A stretch of DNA of 64,000 nt from an uncultured Chromatiaceae bacterium (GCA_964371995.1 CAYJPG010000003.1:1718-65717); one strand, 5' to 3'. Shown: positions 47,110 to 55,550, counted from the first letter of the stretch. The notes: generated from the letters alone by a model not told the origin. Program-made: numbers and translations.

Positions 47110-47594
47110 CATACACGGATGACGAATTGACCCGACTGATCGGCTGCAAAAAACGCATTTCCCAGGCGCCGAGGAAGGAGATGCGCACAGAGGGCCAGAT
47201 GCAGCGTAACGAATTGGAGCTTGAGTCGTTGGACGGCAAGCACTCGTTCCGTGTTTTCATGCGTCAGAGCCTGCAATTTTCTGAAAATTTTTCCATCGGG
47301 ATGGACTACCTGCCCAAGGATGAACCGGGCAGTTTCTGTCTCCTGCGCTGCAATGGAAGACATGGTGGACACAAGGTGCATCCACACCATCTGCATTGCC
47401 ATGTTCATCGCAGCAAGGCCGAAGACGTCAACGCTGGGCTTCGAGTCGAACGACATATCGACTCCACAGTGGAATATGCAGCTTTTCGCGATGCGCTGCG
47501 TTATTTCCTGCTCAGGACGAATGTGCAATCAGCGGATTTGTCCCAACATTTTCCGGGCATCACCCAACCTGACATGTTTGAAGACGAGGCATAG
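47106..47594 (+). CDS. hypothetical His-rich protein (embedded, lower GC)
   Basis: ATGA overlap with the upstream gene. LLRCNGRHGGHKVHPHHLHCHVH cluster. No family recognised. Confidence 0.55.
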   Translation: MTYTDDELTRLIGCKKRISQAPRKEMRTEGQMQRNELELESLDGKHSFRVFMRQSLQFSENFSIGMDYLPKDEPGSFCLLRCNGRHGGHKVHPHHLHCHVHRSKAEDVNAGLRVERHIDSTVEYAAFRDALRYFLLRTNVQSADLSQHFPGITQPDMFEDEA

Positions 47595-47596
47595 CC

Positions 47597-48370
47597 ATGA
47601 AAGCCATCGACCTACTCCAAAAACAATTCGGTGACTTCGTTCGTCTGGAGGAAAAGCGCCCGAACATCCAGCAGGTTTATGCGCCTCTCTACCATGAAGA
47701 CGGCGACATGATGGATCTTTTTCTCGATCTTCCCAAAGATGCCAATCTGACGGAAGACAAAGAGATTCGTATTTCCGATCACGGCATGACCTTGATGCGG
47801 CTCTCCTACGGCTTCGATCTGGATACGCCCAACAAGGAAAAAATATTCCAGCGCATCCTGCTCGAAAACGGTGTCAGCGAGAACGAAGGGGAAATCTATC
47901 TTGAAACCACGTCGGGTTCCCTATATCCGGCGTTGATGCAGTTCTCCCAAGCCATTGGCAAGGTCTGCAACATGCGCTTGTTCCGGCGCGAGACATTGCA
48001 CAGTCTGTTTGAAGAAATGCTCGGAGATTTTATCCGGGGAACGCTTGCTCGCTATCAGCCGACACCTTCGATTTGCCCCATTCCCGACAGGGACGATCTG
48101 GAAGTGGATTGGCAGTTCAAGCCGAATGGCACTCCCTTGTATCTGTTCGGCGTCAAGGACAACGCCCGCGCCCGGCTATCCACCATCAGTTGCCTTGAAT
48201 TTCAGCGCAACAAGCTGCCTTTCCGCAGCATGATCGTGCATGAAGACTTCGACAAGATCTGGCGCAAGGACAAGGCACGCCTGACATCGGCCTGCGACAA
48301 GCAATTCACATCGCTGGATGATTTCAAACAAAACGCAGAGCAATACCTGCTGCGTGAAACAGGGCATTGA
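47597..48370 (+). CDS. hypothetical protein (embedded, lower GC); resembles my recollection of DUF1828/DUF1829 proteins
   Basis: 2-nt gap from the upstream stop. N-terminal pattern YAPLYHEDGDMMDLFLD...IRISDHGMTLMRLSYGFDLDTPNKEKIFQRILLENGV. The family guess is unverified. Confidence 0.5.
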   Translation: MKAIDLLQKQFGDFVRLEEKRPNIQQVYAPLYHEDGDMMDLFLDLPKDANLTEDKEIRISDHGMTLMRLSYGFDLDTPNKEKIFQRILLENGVSENEGEIYLETTSGSLYPALMQFSQAIGKVCNMRLFRRETLHSLFEEMLGDFIRGTLARYQPTPSICPIPDRDDLEVDWQFKPNGTPLYLFGVKDNARARLSTISCLEFQRNKLPFRSMIVHEDFDKIWRKDKARLTSACDKQFTSLDDFKQNAEQYLLRETGH

Positions 48371-48376
48371 CGGCTG

Positions 48377-51300
48377 ATGGCCACCAAAAAAGAACTTCTC
48401 CAACAAGAAGTCGCGAAAGCCGTCGGCGCAGGCAAGGCGGTCGCGCTCGAAACGGTTGACTTCAACGACCCGAACCGCCCCAAAACCTGCCTGGAAGTGG
48501 ATTTCCCGATCCTACCGGTCAATCAGGTGGCGATCATCGAAGGCAACGCGGGCAAGCCGATCTACCAGATGTCGAAGTGGTGGGCGCGTCGGCGTTCCAG
48601 CGTGTTCCGCTCGATGCTGATCGCGGCGGCCACCAAAGCGCCGGACGACCCTTCGCACGCAGCCAAGCTGGTGTGGGACAACTACTACGCCAACCACCAG
48701 AAGAAAGGCGCGTTCAAGCACCTGAAGGTCGCCGACATCTTCATGGGCGGTGGCACCACGCTGGTGGAAGGCTCGCGCCTTGGCATGCAGATGGTCGGCA
48801 ACGACCTCAACCCGGTCGCGTGGTTCGTGGTCAAGCAGGAACTCGCTAATGTCGATCTGGAGCAGGTGAAAAAACTCCTCGCCGACATCGAGGCCGAGGT
48901 CAAGCCGCAGATCATGCCGTACTACTACTGCGACGGCCCGCAGGGTGAAAGGGGCACGTGGACGCACCTGCCGACGAACAAGGCAATGCCCGCCGACTTC
49001 GACCCGCTCGCCATCCCGCGTGACGAGCGCAAGGACTACCGCTACGAAGGCCCGGAGATCATCTACACCTTCTGGGCCAAGCACGGCCCCTGTCAGGTGA
49101 CGGGCTGCGGCCACCGGACGCCGATCATGACCAGCCCGGTGATGGCGGTGAAGACGCTCACCGTCAAGCATTGGACACACACCTGCGGCAAGTGCGGCGA
49201 AGCCTTCGACGTGGAGGAAGAAGCCGCGCGCATGGCACCCGATGCGCCGTTCTACGTCGCGCCCACCGAAGCTCCGTATTCCGTGCTCGACCGCAAGAAG
49301 GGCGTGATCTGCCCGCACTGCGGCCACACCGCAATGGTGAATCTCGGCAAGGGCAAGAACAAGAAGGTGGAACTGAGCCTGTTGGTCCATCCGCAATGGC
49401 TGGCGGGCGAGGCGAAGCAGGATGCAAACGGTCAGCCCTACGGCGGTTCGGCGCAGGACGATGTGGCGGCGACCACCCGTTGGGATGCGGCACGCGCTGC
49501 GAAGATTCGTCTGCTGGAAGTGCGCGGCGCGCTGCCGGATGAAGTGATTGACCCGGAGACGGGTGTCTCCTTCGCACCCAAAAAGGGCACGGTGCCGAAG
49601 AAGTCGCACTACGCCTGCTCGGCGTGCGGGACCGTGCAAGATGTCCTGGGCACCATCAAGGCGACGGGCAAGACGGGGCCGATGGCGGCCTACGCGGTGC
49701 AGGGTTACTCCCCGAAGCGAGATGAAGCGGGCAAACCCTACAGCGGTCGCTTCTTCGCCGCCCATGACGCGGCACACGCCAGGCAATGCGCGGCTGCATT
49801 CGCGGAGTGGGAAGCGCGGAAGGATGACGACCTAAAGGCCTATTGGCCGCGCTCAGAAGTGCCTTTTGGATTCATGACGCACATGAACAATGGCGGCATT
49901 CCAAACCACGGCTATACCCATTGGTGGACTATGTTTAACCCCCGCCAGTTGCTTGCGCAAGCGCAGATACTGAAGGGAATTCTGACTATTGGAGACTATC
50001 CTTGGGGGGTTAGAGAGGCGCTTCTAGGAGCATTCCAGCAGATCGTCCGCTATCGGAACATGTTCTGTTTCTGGGATATCAACTACGACAAGTTGGTGCC
50101 CCACATGAGCAATAACAACTACCACCCCAAGACGAACGTAGTCGAGGGATCTTGCTTTGGTGTCATGGGGAGTGGGCGCTGGTCTTCTTGTGCAGATGGC
50201 GTCTTGGAGGGGCTCGAATGGGGGGGGAATCCTTATGAGCTCGTTAGCCCCCAGTTTGTGTCTAGCGTTCGAAGCGACGGGGCTGAGAAGTCAACTAGCG
50301 AGAAAGTCTTTACTGGAGATCCAGTTCTTGCCGTGACGGTTCGTCAGGGTTCTTCCACTGAGCTGGATAGCATTGATTCCAGCAGCCTCGACCTGGTCAT
50401 CACCGATCCGCCCTTCGGCGGCCTTCTGCACTATTCGGAGCTTGCAGACTTTTTCTACGTTTGGTTGCGTCTTGCGCTGAAGGACAAGTACCCGGACTAC
50501 TTCACCGCCGACTACACGCCAAAGTCACTGGAGGCTGTGGCCAACAAAGCGCGCGAACCGGAAGACCCGGACGGGTTTTATCAGCGGCTGCTCACCCAAT
50601 GCTGGCGCGAAGCGCATCGTGCGCTCAAGCCCAGCGGCATCCTGGCCTTCACTTTCCACCACAGCGAAGATGAGCCGTGGGTGGCAGTGCTGGAATCGCT
50701 GTTCGACGCGGGCTACTACCTCGAAGCAACGTACCCCATCCGCTCAGATGAGACCAAGGGAGAAGGCGGGAAGCCCGGGACCTTTGGCTCGCAGACTATC
50801 GAGTACGACATCATCCACGTCTGCCGCAAGCGCACCGAAGAACCCAAGGCGGTGAGTTGGGGCCGGATGCGCCGCGAGGTGATGGCCGACGTGCGCCAGT
50901 TGCAGGCGATGTTGGAGAACCACGCCAAGGAAGGCTTGCCCGCCGCCGACATCCAGGTGATCCGGCGCGGCAAGGCGCTGGAATACTTCTCGCGTCACTA
51001 CGGCAAGGTGTATGTGGACGAAGACCGCACCATCTCCGTGCGCGACGCGCTGGTGGGCATCAACCAGCTCATCGACGAGGACGCCGACAAGGGCAAGGAA
51101 CCGCCGCCGGTCAACGCCGAGCCGATCACGCGCCAGTTCCTGCGCACCTTCGGCAACGCGCCTGAGCTCAAGCGCGACCAGTTGCAAAAGTTCCTCAAGG
51201 GGTCGATCACCACGCCGGACGAGTTCGCGCAGCGCGGCTGGTGTGCGGAGAAGAACAAGGTGTTCACCCGCACCGATGCGCTGGAATTCGCCCGCGAGTG

Positions 51301-51595
51301 GTCGGGCAAGCATCGCCGCAAACTGACGTCCGACCTGGATCAGGCGCTGGTGCTGATCGGCGCGTGCTTCGACGGCAGCGGCATCAATGCGTCGGACACG
51401 CTAAAGAACGACAACTTCAAGCCGCACGTGGCGCTGAAGCCCTTGCTGGAATGGCTGCACCGCAACGGCCCGGATCAGACCACCCGCAATGCGGCCTCGC
51501 GTGCAGTGTCCATCCACAATGTTTGGCACGCCAGCCAGGTGCCGCAGCCCGCGCAGGCTTCCTTGTTCGATGACGATGGGGAGTACGAGCGATGA
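48377..51595 (+). CDS. DUF1156-type Zn-ribbon DNA methyltransferase (PglXI/HmaB-like)
   Basis: N-terminal DFPILPVN...SKWWARRRS. SAM motif ADIFMGGGTTLVEG. Four CxxC-type pairs (CQVTGCGH, CGKCGEAF, CPHCGH, CSACGT). Catalytic LVITDPPFGG. Confidence 0.85.
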   Translation: MATKKELLQQEVAKAVGAGKAVALETVDFNDPNRPKTCLEVDFPILPVNQVAIIEGNAGKPIYQMSKWWARRRSSVFRSMLIAAATKAPDDPSHAAKLVWDNYYANHQKKGAFKHLKVADIFMGGGTTLVEGSRLGMQMVGNDLNPVAWFVVKQELANVDLEQVKKLLADIEAEVKPQIMPYYYCDGPQGERGTWTHLPTNKAMPADFDPLAIPRDERKDYRYEGPEIIYTFWAKHGPCQVTGCGHRTPIMTSPVMAVKTLTVKHWTHTCGKCGEAFDVEEEAARMAPDAPFYVAPTEAPYSVLDRKKGVICPHCGHTAMVNLGKGKNKKVELSLLVHPQWLAGEAKQDANGQPYGGSAQDDVAATTRWDAARAAKIRLLEVRGALPDEVIDPETGVSFAPKKGTVPKKSHYACSACGTVQDVLGTIKATGKTGPMAAYAVQGYSPKRDEAGKPYSGRFFAAHDAAHARQCAAAFAEWEARKDDDLKAYWPRSEVPFGFMTHMNNGGIPNHGYTHWWTMFNPRQLLAQAQILKGILTIGDYPWGVREALLGAFQQIVRYRNMFCFWDINYDKLVPHMSNNNYHPKTNVVEGSCFGVMGSGRWSSCADGVLEGLEWGGNPYELVSPQFVSSVRSDGAEKSTSEKVFTGDPVLAVTVRQGSSTELDSIDSSSLDLVITDPPFGGLLHYSELADFFYVWLRLALKDKYPDYFTADYTPKSLEAVANKAREPEDPDGFYQRLLTQCWREAHRALKPSGILAFTFHHSEDEPWVAVLESLFDAGYYLEATYPIRSDETKGEGGKPGTFGSQTIEYDIIHVCRKRTEEPKAVSWGRMRREVMADVRQLQAMLENHAKEGLPAADIQVIRRGKALEYFSRHYGKVYVDEDRTISVRDALVGINQLIDEDADKGKEPPPVNAEPITRQFLRTFGNAPELKRDQLQKFLKGSITTPDEFAQRGWCAEKNKVFTRTDALEFAREWSGKHRRKLTSDLDQALVLIGACFDGSGINASDTLKNDNFKPHVALKPLLEWLHRNGPDQTTRNAASRAVSIHNVWHASQVPQPAQASLFDDDGEYER

Positions 51596-52089
51596 GACAA
51601 CTGCGCGACCCAGTCTGGCAGGTGCGCGGCACCAGTTGGGTATGGGACGAAGAGGCGCGCAACCAGGTCTGCACGGCCAGCGAGGTTTGGAGCCTGCGCC
51701 AGTTCCTGCGGGCGAAAGGAAACTGGCCGGATGCTCTTCCGAGCAACGGTGGCAGGACGCTGGTGGTGGCCGGTCTGGACGGAAGCCTCGATCTGCTGAC
51801 ACCGACGGATGCCGAAGTGTGGCTAGGTGATGCGATCAAACCCGCCATCCTGTCCTTTCAGGACGATTGGGGAAGCGACGGCGCACTGGTGTTCTGGCTA
51901 CCCGGCGGCCACAACCGCGTCAGGGCGCACGCCGCCACCGATGAGGTGGGCTGGCTGTGTCACGCACCCCATGGGCATCAGATCGACCTCGGTCGCATCC
52001 TGTGGGGCCAAGCCAACGAGTACCCGCAGGAAATCCTGCTGCACCACGGTGGCAAGCCCGCTGGCCTGTTCCACCTGCGGATTACTTGA
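51592..52089 (+). CDS. hypothetical protein coupled to the methyltransferase
   Basis: ATGA overlap with the methylase stop. 165 aa. GC content is like the rest of the operon. No motif recognised. Confidence 0.55.
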   Translation: MRQLRDPVWQVRGTSWVWDEEARNQVCTASEVWSLRQFLRAKGNWPDALPSNGGRTLVVAGLDGSLDLLTPTDAEVWLGDAIKPAILSFQDDWGSDGALVFWLPGGHNRVRAHAATDEVGWLCHAPHGHQIDLGRILWGQANEYPQEILLHHGGKPAGLFHLRIT

Positions 52090-52099
52090 GGGCGGCTGA

Positions 52100-54874
52100 G
52101 TGACGGCAGAGATTCAGTTCCAACCCGGCGAGCGCATCACCCACCACGAATACGGTCAAGGTGTCGTCCTCGACCCGGCGCGTGACGGCTATCTGCGTGC
52201 GTTTTTCGGCGTCGGCGAACGCCGGGTGCCGGTGGCGTCGCTGCGGCGCGAACTAACGCGCACCGAGCGTATCCTGCGCACCGTGGATGGCGGCGCAGAG
52301 CGGTCGCGCAAGGCGTGGCTGGCCTATGAAGCGCATGCACTTCCGGTGATGGAAAGCGCCTCGGCGCTGACCTCGGCCAAGATCGATCTGCTGCCGCATC
52401 AGGTGGTGCTGACTCACCGGATTGCGACCGCCTCACCCCGGCGTTACCTGATCGCCGACGAGGTGGGGCTAGGCAAGACCATCGAAACCGCGCTGATCCT
52501 TCGCGAGCTGGCCAGCCGGGGTGAATTGACTCGCGCGCTGATGGTGGTGCCTGCGGGCCTCGTGAACAACTGGCACCGCGAGCTGAACGAGGTGTTCAAC
52601 CTCGACTTCGAGGTGTTCGGTTCCGAGGGCGACATCACCGACCGCAAGACCAACGCCTTCGCCAAGCACGACCGGCTGATCGCCAGCATCGATACGCTGA
52701 AGCGCCCGGCACGCATCAAGCGCCTGCTGGACGCGCCGCGCTGGGATCTGGTGGTGTTCGACGAAGCGCATCACCTCACGGCCTACAAGACCGGCGGCAA
52801 GGTGCGCAAGACCGAGAACTACAAGCTGGCCGAGGCGCTGAAAGATCATTCGCGCGACCTGCTGCTGCTGTCGGCCACGCCGCACCAAGGCAATCACTTC
52901 CAGTTCTGGATGCTGGCGCAACTGCTGAACCCGACGCTGTTCCGCAGCCCCGAGGAGATGCTGGAGGAGAGGCACCGGCTCAACACAGTGATGTTCCGCC
53001 GCACCAAGGCTGACGCCTGTCAGCCCGATGGCTCGCCGCTGTTCGCGCGGCGCTGGGTTCATACCGAATCCTTCGTGATGAACCCAGCCGAACGGCTGTT
53101 TTACGAGAAGCTGCGCGAGTACTTGGAGGATGGCTTCGACCTCGCACGCCGCCAAGGCAACCAGGGGCGTGCGCTGGGCTTCCTGATGGTGATCTTCCAA
53201 AAGATCGCGGCGTCGAGCTTCGCCGCCGTGCGCCGCACCCTCAAGCGCCGCATGCTGATGCTGACGCTGCACGAGGCGTTCCTGCGCGACAAGGAACTGG
53301 ACATCGAAGGCCGCGAGCGCCTGACCGAGGAGGCGCGCGAGCTGATCCACGAGGAGTTTGGACTGCCGCGCGACAGCGTCGGGCGCAGTGAGGTGGATCG
53401 CGTGCTGGCCGATCTGAAGTACCGGCTGGTCAAGAAGCTGGACGAAGAGGCGCTGGAGATGGCCTCCGACCCCTATGCCAGCGAGTATTCCGCCACGCAC
53501 GCGGAAGAAGCCGCTTCGGCGGTGGTGAACCTGCATCTGCCCGAGGAGCGCCTGCGCATCGGCGACCTGCTGCGCGTGTTCCCGGCAGAGCGCGAAACCA
53601 AGATGCAAAAGCTGCTCGATGGCTTGGGCACGCTGTGGCGGCAGAACCCCAACGAGAAGATCGTGATCTTCGCCACCTACCTCGGCACGGTGGACATGAT
53701 CGCCCGGGAGATCGAACAGACCTTCCCCGGCCAGGGCGTCGCCGTGCTACGCGGCGGTGATCACGGCGCGAAAGTAGCGGCGGAGCGGCGCTTCCGCCTG
53801 AAGGACGGCCCACGCGTGCTGGTCTGTACAGCGGCCGGGCGCGAAGGTATCAACCTCCAGTTCGCACGCGTCTTGTTCAATTTCGACCTGCCGTGGAATC
53901 CGATGGACATGGAGCAGCGCATCGGGCGCATCCATCGCTATGGCCAGAGCCATACCGCGCAGGTCTACAACCTCGTGCTCTCGGACACCATCGAAGGCCG
54001 CATCTTCCTGCTGCTCGACGAGAAGCTCACCGAGATCGCCCGCACGGTCGGCAAGGTGGATGACCAGGGCAACGTGGCCGAAGACCTGCGCGCGCAGATT
54101 CTCGGCCAGTTGTCGGAACGCTTGAACTACGACCGGCTGTATCAGGAGGCGCTGTCCGACCCAGAGCTGAAACGCACGCAGGTGGAGCTGGAAGCGGCGC
54201 TGTCGAACTCCCGCGAGGCGCGGCAGGTGGTGTTCGATCTATTCCAGGACCTCGATGGATTCAGCCTCGACGACTACAAGCCCTTCTCGGACGTATCGTC
54301 CAGTCTGGATCGGTTGGTGCGCTTTTTCTCGGTGGCGGTCGCGGATCGCCAGCAGAAACTGGTGAAAGTGGACGATGCCACCTACGACCTCGTTACCGCC
54401 GAAGGCTCGCGCCGCGTCCGCTTTACCTTGAACCGCGAAGCGGCGACGAATCAGGACGCGTTGCAACTGATGGGCTTGGATCACCCGTTGGTGCAAGAGG
54501 AACTGGGGCGCTGGCGCAGCGTGCCACCGGAGGAAATCGGTATCGCCGTGTCGGGCGACGTGGACGAGCCGGTACTGTTGTCGCTGTGGATGGTTGAGGC
54601 GTCCGTCGGCAACGGGGAGCGCCGTGTGGTGGTGCAGCCCATTGCTGTGAAACTGGATGGCACACGCATCCCGGCGGTCGAACGCCTGTGTGAGCAATAC
54701 CTACAGGCTCCACCCGCCACACCGGTGTTTCGACCGGAACAGCGAAGCGAGCTGTTTACCCTGGCCGTTGAGCCGACCTTACAGCGGGAACTGAAGCACA
54801 AGGGAACCGCGAATGGCGATGGCAGCTATTCTGCGGAACTGATCGGGTATGTGGAGATCGCCCCACAGCAGTGA
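52100..54874 (+). CDS. SNF2-family helicase (BrxHII/HmaA-like) with an N-terminal Tudor/DUF3553-like module
   Basis: GTG start 10 nt after the upstream stop. LLPHQ, motif I DEVGLGKT, motif II FDEAHHL, III LLLSATPHQG, VI QRIGRIHRYGQ. N-terminal PGERITHHEYGQGVVLD...AFFGVGERRVPVASL. Confidence 0.9.
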   Translation: MTAEIQFQPGERITHHEYGQGVVLDPARDGYLRAFFGVGERRVPVASLRRELTRTERILRTVDGGAERSRKAWLAYEAHALPVMESASALTSAKIDLLPHQVVLTHRIATASPRRYLIADEVGLGKTIETALILRELASRGELTRALMVVPAGLVNNWHRELNEVFNLDFEVFGSEGDITDRKTNAFAKHDRLIASIDTLKRPARIKRLLDAPRWDLVVFDEAHHLTAYKTGGKVRKTENYKLAEALKDHSRDLLLLSATPHQGNHFQFWMLAQLLNPTLFRSPEEMLEERHRLNTVMFRRTKADACQPDGSPLFARRWVHTESFVMNPAERLFYEKLREYLEDGFDLARRQGNQGRALGFLMVIFQKIAASSFAAVRRTLKRRMLMLTLHEAFLRDKELDIEGRERLTEEARELIHEEFGLPRDSVGRSEVDRVLADLKYRLVKKLDEEALEMASDPYASEYSATHAEEAASAVVNLHLPEERLRIGDLLRVFPAERETKMQKLLDGLGTLWRQNPNEKIVIFATYLGTVDMIAREIEQTFPGQGVAVLRGGDHGAKVAAERRFRLKDGPRVLVCTAAGREGINLQFARVLFNFDLPWNPMDMEQRIGRIHRYGQSHTAQVYNLVLSDTIEGRIFLLLDEKLTEIARTVGKVDDQGNVAEDLRAQILGQLSERLNYDRLYQEALSDPELKRTQVELEAALSNSREARQVVFDLFQDLDGFSLDDYKPFSDVSSSLDRLVRFFSVAVADRQQKLVKVDDATYDLVTAEGSRRVRFTLNREAATNQDALQLMGLDHPLVQEELGRWRSVPPEEIGIAVSGDVDEPVLLSLWMVEASVGNGERRVVVQPIAVKLDGTRIPAVERLCEQYLQAPPATPVFRPEQRSELFTLAVEPTLQRELKHKGTANGDGSYSAELIGYVEIAPQQ

Positions 54875-55028
54875 TCGGAACGGAGGTTACCGTGGTCTCT
54901 TGCCTGAGCGCTTAGGCATGGTCCGAGGATAAGCGGGGCCGGCTGAAGTTAATGCGACACTTCCGACCGTCGGGTCACGGTGGGGCTTCAATGAGCCAAA
55001 GATTTTCTGGAGTTCGGCCATCGGCACA

Positions 55029-55409
55029 TCAAGACCGGGAATATCGGATACCTCGGGTATATCTATCAGCCCGCACCTCCGCCACCGCCTGATCCCACAG
55101 CTCCTGAGCGTTAGCGTAAGCCTGAAGGTCGGCAGCCAGCTTCTGTAGCGTTTCCGTCCACCTGTCACTGCCGTCCAGTTCCAGGAGCGCATCCTCGCAT
55201 CGGCGGACGTAGTCCTGATCCGGCGTGAACTCCGCGTAGACTCCCAAAGTCGGGTAAGAACCGTAGTCATGGTCCTGCGAACAGATTCCCAACTCATGCC
55301 AGGGGGGTGGCGGCCCAAGCTCTCTCAGCAGGTGCGTCAGCGCCTCCTTCAGTGCCAGCTCCTCCGGCACATCGCCAGTGCTCAGGCTACCGATGCTTTC
55401 CCAAGGCAT
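55029..55409 (-). CDS. hypothetical acidic protein at the distal end of the island
   Basis: ATG 55409 is preceded by AGGGGAGGGAG. 126 aa. No motif recognised. Confidence 0.55.
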   Translation of the reverse strand: MPWESIGSLSTGDVPEELALKEALTHLLRELGPPPPWHELGICSQDHDYGSYPTLGVYAEFTPDQDYVRRCEDALLELDGSDRWTETLQKLAADLQAYANAQELWDQAVAEVRADRYTRGIRYSRS

Positions 55410-55530
55410 AATCTCCCTCCCCTAGCCAAGGCAGCGCGGGGGAGTGTAAGGGGCGTTTTCTCCACAGCACCCCAAGCGACCATAGCGACGAAAGGCTGAA
55501 GCTGAATTTCCTAGGACATGCCCCAAATGC

Positions 55531-55550
55531 GTGTACCCGGGCGTGTACCC
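55531..55550. repeat. two GTGTACCC 8-mers at the right end of the island
   Basis: GTGTACCC at 55531 and 55543, the reverse complement of the GGGTACAC copies at the left end. GTGTACCCGG (55531-55540) is the exact inverse of CCGGGTACAC (39835-39844). Confidence 0.6.
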
